Assembly (NCBI GenBank): GCA_044222475.1
Contig: JBGANF010000013.1
Location: forward strand, 32,356-96,355
Direction: 5' to 3'
Length of the DNA stretch: 64,000 nt
Source of the DNA: Polyangiaceae bacterium
GTDB taxonomy: Bacteria; Myxococcota_A; Polyangia; Polyangiales; Polyangiaceae
Both the position numbers and the translations under genes were made by a program. The notes below the pieces were generated by a model. It made no database searches, was not told the origin of the DNA, and saw nothing but the letters and a program-made list of their open reading frames with translations. Shown here in pieces: positions 57,318 to 64,000 of the stretch. Numbering within the stretch: the stretch's first letter is position 1; every line of letters begins with the position of its first letter.

Positions 57318-58802
57318 TCAGAACATCACGGTACCGCTCAGCATGAGCGTACCGATGACGGTGTTGTCGACGCTGAATCGCCGCGTCGGCGCGTCGATGA
57401 TGGCGCGGTAGTTCGGGTTCGGGATGCCGGTCACGCGCTGCGTTCCGCTCGAGGCGTCGCCGGCGCGGCACGGACCCGACGTCGCCTGGTCGGCGGTGAC
57501 GTTCGGGTTGCACGGGTCGCCCGCCGTGACGAGGTGCGACTCGCTGAAGCGAACGCCGCCCGACGCGCCGAACTTGATGTACTCGCCTGCCTGCCAGGTG
57601 ATGCCCATGAGCGCGTTGAACGAGCCGTATCCGGCCTGATCGGTGATACCTGTAAAGTACACCTTTTGCGCGGAGGGATCGACGACGCTGGTCCCGCCCG
57701 GGCCACCGACGTAGCCGCCGGGGTTCGGCGACGTGAGCGTCGGCGCGGTGGACGAGCCGAGCGCGTCGAAGAGCTCGGAGTACTCGCGGCCGGGCGAGTT
57801 GTAGATGCCCTGCACGCGGAAATCGATCACGAGGCGCTGGAAGCCTTCGCGGCGCTCCCACGGGATGACCTCGAGCCCGATCGTGAACGTGCCGATGATC
57901 GGCGGGTGGTTCAGGAGCGAGCCGCGCAGGCCGTTCGTGATGCCGAAGTCGGTGTCGCTGCGGGGGAACTCGGCGAGGACCTCGAACCCGCTGTACGGCT
58001 CGACCCACCCAAAGCGCTTCGAGACGACGCTCTTTCCGACGATCGAGTACATGCCGCGCGAGATGCCGGGCTCGCGGGCGGCGCCGCTCGACGGGTCGGG
58101 GCACGACGCGACGCGCGCGCCGGTGCGCGGATCGTTGAGCTTCGGATCGTTGTTGCACGCGTGGAGCGGGGCGCCCACGCCGAAGCGACCTTCCACGCCG
58201 ATCACCCAGGTCGGCTTCGTCACGTCGCGCTGCTGGTTGAGCGCGGCGAAGTTGAGGCCGACGGCGAAGTAGTCGATGCCGCTTCGGGTCGGGCTCGTGA
58301 AGGGCACCTGGAAGAGCGGCGTCCCGGTGCCGTCGTTGAGGCGCTCGGGGTTGCGCGTCGAGCCGTCGAGATCGGATAGCTCGCGTGAGTCACTCAGGAT
58401 GATCGGAAGCTTGAACGTGAGCGCGAGGTCTCGGAAGAGACCGACGTCGACCCCGAGGTTCAGCAGGCTCGTGTTCTGGCTGTACGCCGCGACGTTCTCG
58501 GTGAAGGGGACGAACCCGCCGCTCGAGAGGCCGGGCTGGTTCAGCTCGGTCTCGCGGTGGATCGCAGCGCGCTTCCAGAACTGTTGGAACCCCGCGGTGA
58601 TGTGGAGGTCGAACGGATCCTCGCGGTCGAACGCGTCGACGACGCTCGTCACCTCTGCGGTTTCGCTCAGCATTCGCGGCTCGCTCGCCGCGATCGGCTC
58701 GTCCGCGCGTGCCATGGACGGCACCACGGAAACGAGCGCGGCAGGTACCGCCGCCGCAAGTACCGCCCAGGCGCAAATGCGATCGGTTCGCCTACGAATC
58801 AT
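57318..58802 (-). CDS. hypothetical outer-membrane beta-barrel-like protein
   Basis: Signal peptide (…SMARAD); alternating beta-strands; C-terminal Phe. Confidence 0.7.
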   Translation of the reverse strand: MIRRRTDRICAWAVLAAAVPAALVSVVPSMARADEPIAASEPRMLSETAEVTSVVDAFDREDPFDLHITAGFQQFWKRAAIHRETELNQPGLSSGGFVPFTENVAAYSQNTSLLNLGVDVGLFRDLALTFKLPIILSDSRELSDLDGSTRNPERLNDGTGTPLFQVPFTSPTRSGIDYFAVGLNFAALNQQRDVTKPTWVIGVEGRFGVGAPLHACNNDPKLNDPRTGARVASCPDPSSGAAREPGISRGMYSIVGKSVVSKRFGWVEPYSGFEVLAEFPRSDTDFGITNGLRGSLLNHPPIIGTFTIGLEVIPWERREGFQRLVIDFRVQGIYNSPGREYSELFDALGSSTAPTLTSPNPGGYVGGPGGTSVVDPSAQKVYFTGITDQAGYGSFNALMGITWQAGEYIKFGASGGVRFSESHLVTAGDPCNPNVTADQATSGPCRAGDASSGTQRVTGIPNPNYRAIIDAPTRRFSVDNTVIGTLMLSGTVMF

Positions 58803-58851
58803 CCGTCCAGCGACGCTAGCGGGTGCCGCGGGAAGGGTCAATCACGGTCGA

Positions 58852-59734
58852 TCATGGGGTGAGAACCTGCCGCCAGGCCGCGTCTGCCGCCTCGGCCCGG
58901 GTCTTTTCGGAACCCGACAGTCCGGGGGTGGCGAGGGCCACCGTGCAGAGCGCACGGGCTTTTTTCCGGGCATCCACGTGCTTCGCCGCGAGCGTCCCCA
59001 CGTTCGCGTCCGGGGCGATGATCGCCGTGGCGAGGGCGTGGGCGTCGTTTGCCGCCTGGACGCACTTGTCGACCCCCGCCTTGGCGGCGGCCGTGCTCTT
59101 CGGGAAGGTGACGGTCTGGCCCCCGTCGATTCGCAGGAACCCGGACTCGTCGACGCTGGAGGGGCTGGCGTCCGTCATCGGCCCGCCGCCGATCGGAAGG
59201 GCATAGGCCAAACCGCTCCGCACCGTGACCGAGAGAACCTTGTCGCTCACCTCGGCGCGAACGGCGGCGCCCGCGTACCGGAGGACGGCGAAACCGGGCA
59301 CCACGAGCCACGTCTCGCCGCCCGGTGCGCCGGTCGTGACCTCGGCGGCGCCGGTGAGGAGCCAGTGCTCGTCCTCGTCGCCGTCGCGACAGACGATCGC
59401 CTTGCCGGGCCCGATGAACGCGGTCTCCTTGCCGGTCGTCACTCCCTTGACGGTGATCTTCGCTCCGTCGGCGATGGCCAGGGTCTTCCCTTGGACCTTC
59501 ATCGCGTCGGTCACGGCGCCGCCGTCGGGCTCACCGACCGAGCCTTTCACTCCGATCGCGGTGCACCCGTGCGCTTTGCCGGCGTCGGAGACGGGCGGTG
59601 CGCTCGCTGTCGGCACCGGCGCGACGGACGACGAAGCCGCGGCAGCGGCTTCGACCGGGGCGGGCCCCGCCTCCGGCGTCCCGGGCGAATCCTTGCAGGA
59701 TGCAAGGATCACCATCGCGGCGAGGATCCCGAGT

Positions 59735-59742
<8 letters not shown>
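58852..59742 (-). CDS. hypothetical lipoprotein (FecR-like beta region)
   Basis: LASC lipobox; LSVTVRSGLA. Confidence 0.65.
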
Positions 59743-61069
<1,327 letters not shown>

Positions 61070-61143
61070 GTCTCTTCCTCGGGGGCGACTATGCCACGGC
61101 CTGTGGCCGCACCCAAGGCCGGTCCGCGTGATAGGCTCGCGCC

Positions 61144-62532
61144 GTGAGCTTGCTTCGCCGACGTCCGTGGCTCGGGGCCGTCTTTCTCGGCGCCTCGGTT
61201 CTCCCGCTGATCTTCGCGCAACACGCGGCGCGCGCGCAGGGCGCCGCGCTCCCGCCGCTCCCGTCGTCTTCGACGAGCGCATCGTCGTCGGGTTCCGCGT
61301 CGCCGAGCGCGTCCGCGGTCGCGCCGCCGCCTCCTTCGAGCACCGCGCCCGCCGGCGCGCCCGACACGTCGGCCTGGCAGGCGCGCTACGACGCCGCCGG
61401 TCGCAAGATGACCTCGGGCGATTTCCTCGGCGCCATCCAAGACTTCTCGGGCCTCGCCGCGACCGCCCCGAACGAGACCGCGCGGAACCTCGCCATCGAG
61501 CAGCTCCGCATCGCCAGCGACTACGCCGCTCGCAACGGTCAGCCGCCGCCGCCGCCCGCCGCCGTCGGCTCGGCGCCACCCCCGCCGCCTCCGCCCGGAT
61601 CCGGGCTCGCGCCAGCGCTGCCGCTCGGTCCGAGGCAACCGGATCGATCGCGCCGCACCCTCGACGAGCTCGTCTTCCTCTACCTCGCCGCACCGGCCTA
61701 CGGGTTCACCACCGGCTTCTGGGTCGACTCCCTGATCACCGGCCAAGACGGCTACCGCGACACCGCCACGCTCGGCAGCTTCTTCATCGGCCTCGGCGCG
61801 ACCGGAATCTCGGCGCTCGCCGTCGCTCTCGTCGACAACGCGAAGGGCTTCAAATACGGCATGCCCCAAGCCATCTTCACCGGCTTCACCGTCGGCTTCG
61901 GCGCCGGGATGGGCATGGCGCTGTGGGCGGGCAACCGCGCGAGCACGTCGTTTTCGACGTACCGGAAGTTCACGTCGTTCGTGTGGGGCTTCAGCACCGC
62001 GGGGGCTGCCGCCGGCGCGATCCTGTCGGCGACGCTCCCGACGACGCCCGGCCGCTCGGCGTGGGTCGGGACCACGGCGATCGCGACCGGCTTCACCATC
62101 GGCGGCATCGCCGGCGCGGCGACTCCCCAAGGGACCGCCGCGAACGACGAGAACGCGCGCAACTTCGGGCTCACCGCCGCGCTGTCCGGCATCGCCGGCG
62201 CCGGCATCGGGCTCGCCACCGCGCCGCTGCTTTCGCCGTCGATCTCCCGCGTGCGCTTCATCGATCTCGGTTGGCTCAGCGGAGGTGCGCTCGGCCTCGG
62301 CTTCTGCGCCGCGTACGGAAACGGCGGCAAAGGCTGCAGCGAGCGGGCGTACTTCGGCGCGATGGGCGCGGGGGCCGGGCTCGGCTTCGTCGCTGGCCTC
62401 GTCGCGACGCTCGCGATGAAGCCCGAGGGTTTGCCCTCGGACAAGAAAGACAGCTTCCTCGATCACATGATGCCGACGGTGTCGCCGAACGAAGGTGGCG
62501 GCGTGTCCTTCGGTCTGGTGGGGCCGCTGTGA
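61144..62532 (+). CDS. secreted/membrane protein with Gly-rich hydrophobic repeats (paralog A)
   Basis: Signal peptide; RRTLDEL, TTPGRSAWVGTT, LLSPSISRVRFIDL shared with the next gene. Confidence 0.8.
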   Translation: MSLLRRRPWLGAVFLGASVLPLIFAQHAARAQGAALPPLPSSSTSASSSGSASPSASAVAPPPPSSTAPAGAPDTSAWQARYDAAGRKMTSGDFLGAIQDFSGLAATAPNETARNLAIEQLRIASDYAARNGQPPPPPAAVGSAPPPPPPPGSGLAPALPLGPRQPDRSRRTLDELVFLYLAAPAYGFTTGFWVDSLITGQDGYRDTATLGSFFIGLGATGISALAVALVDNAKGFKYGMPQAIFTGFTVGFGAGMGMALWAGNRASTSFSTYRKFTSFVWGFSTAGAAAGAILSATLPTTPGRSAWVGTTAIATGFTIGGIAGAATPQGTAANDENARNFGLTAALSGIAGAGIGLATAPLLSPSISRVRFIDLGWLSGGALGLGFCAAYGNGGKGCSERAYFGAMGAGAGLGFVAGLVATLAMKPEGLPSDKKDSFLDHMMPTVSPNEGGGVSFGLVGPL

Positions 62533-63713
62533 GCCTGCGCCGCACGCTGCTGGTGCTGGGGCTCGTCTGCGCACCGAGCGTCGCGTTCGCCGCCGAAGGA
62601 CCGACGACCTGGGATCAACGCTTCGCCGACGCGGGTCACAAGCTCGTCGCCGGTGATCCCGCGGGCGCATCGGCGGACTTCGCCGCGCTCGCGGCGGACG
62701 CCCCGACGGACACGTCACGGGCGGTCGCGCTCGAGCAGCTGCGCATCGCGAGCGAAGCCGCCCGAAAGAAGGGGCTGGTTCCGTCGCCGGAGCTCGGTGC
62801 TCCGCCCCCTCCGACGTTGCCGAGCCTCGTCGACGAGCCGAGCGGTCCGAGGCGCCGCACCGGCGACGAGCTGTTCACTCTGGCGCTGACGATGCCGGCC
62901 TACGGCATCGCGACCGGGTTCTGGCTCGATTCGCTGATCGGACGGAAGGGCGCGAGCATCGGCGTTCCGATCCTGTCGCTCGGCGTGACCGGTTTCGCGG
63001 GTATCGCTCTCGGGATGCTCGAGATCAGCGGCTCGCTGCGATACTCGGTTCCGCAATCCATCTCGACTGGGATCGTGATCGGAGCATCGGGCGGCATCGC
63101 GGTCGGCCTCTACTCCGTCATCGATCAGAACTCGTCCTCTGCCGCGTACCGATCGTTCACGACCTGGACATGGGGGCTCGCCACCGCGGGCGGCGTGACC
63201 GGTGGCGTGCTCGCTTCGACGCTGAAGACGACTCCGGGTCGGTCGGCGTGGGTCGGCACGACGACGCTCGTCACCGCGATGATCGCTGGCGGTGTCGCCG
63301 GCGCCGTCGCTGATCGACAGGGCAGTAACGAGTTTCGCTACTTCACCCTGACCTCCGCGGTCAGCGGCGTCGTCGGCCTTGGCGCCGGGTTCGCGACGAC
63401 GGCGCTCCTGTCGCCCTCGATCTCGCGTGTACGATACATCGATCTCGCATGGTTCAGCGGTGGCGCGATCGCCCTCGGCACCTGCGTCGCGACCGCGAAG
63501 TGCTCGACGAACGCCGCGTTCTCCGCGCTGTCGGTCGGGACGGCGATCGGATTCCTCGCCGGGTTCTTCGGCACCTGGGGCATGGGCCAAGAGGCGATGC
63601 CCGCGGACGGCGTCGTGAAGAAGCCGGCCGCGCTCACGGTTCTCGAGCGCGCGATGCCGTACGTCTCGCCGGAGAACGGCGGGATGTCGCTCGGGCTCGG
63701 CGGAACGCTATAG
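62529..63713 (+). CDS. secreted/membrane protein (paralog B)
   Basis: GTGA overlap; RRTGDEL, TTPGRSAWVGTT, LLSPSISRVRYIDL. Confidence 0.8.
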   Translation: MSLRRTLLVLGLVCAPSVAFAAEGPTTWDQRFADAGHKLVAGDPAGASADFAALAADAPTDTSRAVALEQLRIASEAARKKGLVPSPELGAPPPPTLPSLVDEPSGPRRRTGDELFTLALTMPAYGIATGFWLDSLIGRKGASIGVPILSLGVTGFAGIALGMLEISGSLRYSVPQSISTGIVIGASGGIAVGLYSVIDQNSSSAAYRSFTTWTWGLATAGGVTGGVLASTLKTTPGRSAWVGTTTLVTAMIAGGVAGAVADRQGSNEFRYFTLTSAVSGVVGLGAGFATTALLSPSISRVRYIDLAWFSGGAIALGTCVATAKCSTNAAFSALSVGTAIGFLAGFFGTWGMGQEAMPADGVVKKPAALTVLERAMPYVSPENGGMSLGLGGTL

Positions 63714-63787
63714 CTCGGCGCGTCGGTCGCGTGCTTCGACCGGGTTCCGTCTGCGGAGGGGACGCGCCGTCCGAAGCCTGCGCCAGC

Positions 63788-64000
63788 TCAGGCCAGCGTC
63801 TTTGGACGCGTCGAGGTGCGACGACGGCGCGCGATCACGAGCGCAGCGAACGCGAGACCGAGGAGCGCTCCGTCGGCGCGCGCGCGTGAGCCGCTCGCGT
63901 AGCAGCCATCGACGACCGCCGGCGCCGGCGGCGTGCCCGCGTCGCCCGCGGGAGGCGTCGTGCCTGCGTCGCCAGCGGGCGGGGGAGGCGTCCCACCGTC
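63788..64000 (-). CDS. C-terminus of a MYXO-CTERM-type surface protein (truncated by window end)
   Basis: …DAGTPPAPAVVDGCYASG…ALLGLAFAALVIARRRR…*. Confidence 0.7.
   Translation of the reverse strand, partial: DGGTPPPPAGDAGTTPPAGDAGTPPAPAVVDGCYASGSRARADGALLGLAFAALVIARRRRTSTRPKTLA

Overview
High-GC window from a myxobacterium, most likely Polyangiaceae-like (inferred from the aglRQS motor, MYXO-CTERM tail, TSP3-OmpA proteins and Ser/Thr kinase/PP2C). Core blocks: two OmpA-family proteins; rimP-nusA-ylxR/L7Ae-infB-DUF503-rbfA plus a UDG; Ser/Thr kinase, lolC/E, GAF protein, histidine kinase and a 2xRRM protein; rpmG and mreBCD-mrdA-rodA; two divergent TolQR-type motor trios (one is aglRQS-like); glycerate kinase, HD hydrolase and an orphan DNA methyltransferase; PP2C-cNMP; several lipoproteins and membrane paralogs. 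The most striking accessory signal is a three-copy cassette (16252-16928, and a convergent pair at 43409-44726): hexamer microsatellite array, then a ~170-nt leader folding into one long stem with two apical hairpins and compensatory changes between copies, then a 104-aa four-helix-bundle (IVP/Avd-like) gene and a GC hairpin. Both loci sit exactly between the stop codons of convergent host genes. The leader's distal arm carries an invariant antisense TTGA..-N16-CACGAT promoter-like motif whose -10 falls in a mismatch bubble, the layout of an Frpo-type single-stranded-DNA promoter. An apparently empty version lies at 55740-55871. A second repeat family (76-bp inverted REP-like ends with a DUF559 remnant) brackets a nucleotidyltransferase gene preceded by a four-arm palindrome. 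No CRISPR array, rRNA, tRNA, transposase or reverse transcriptase was recognised. Family assignments come from motif recognition by eye, not database searches.
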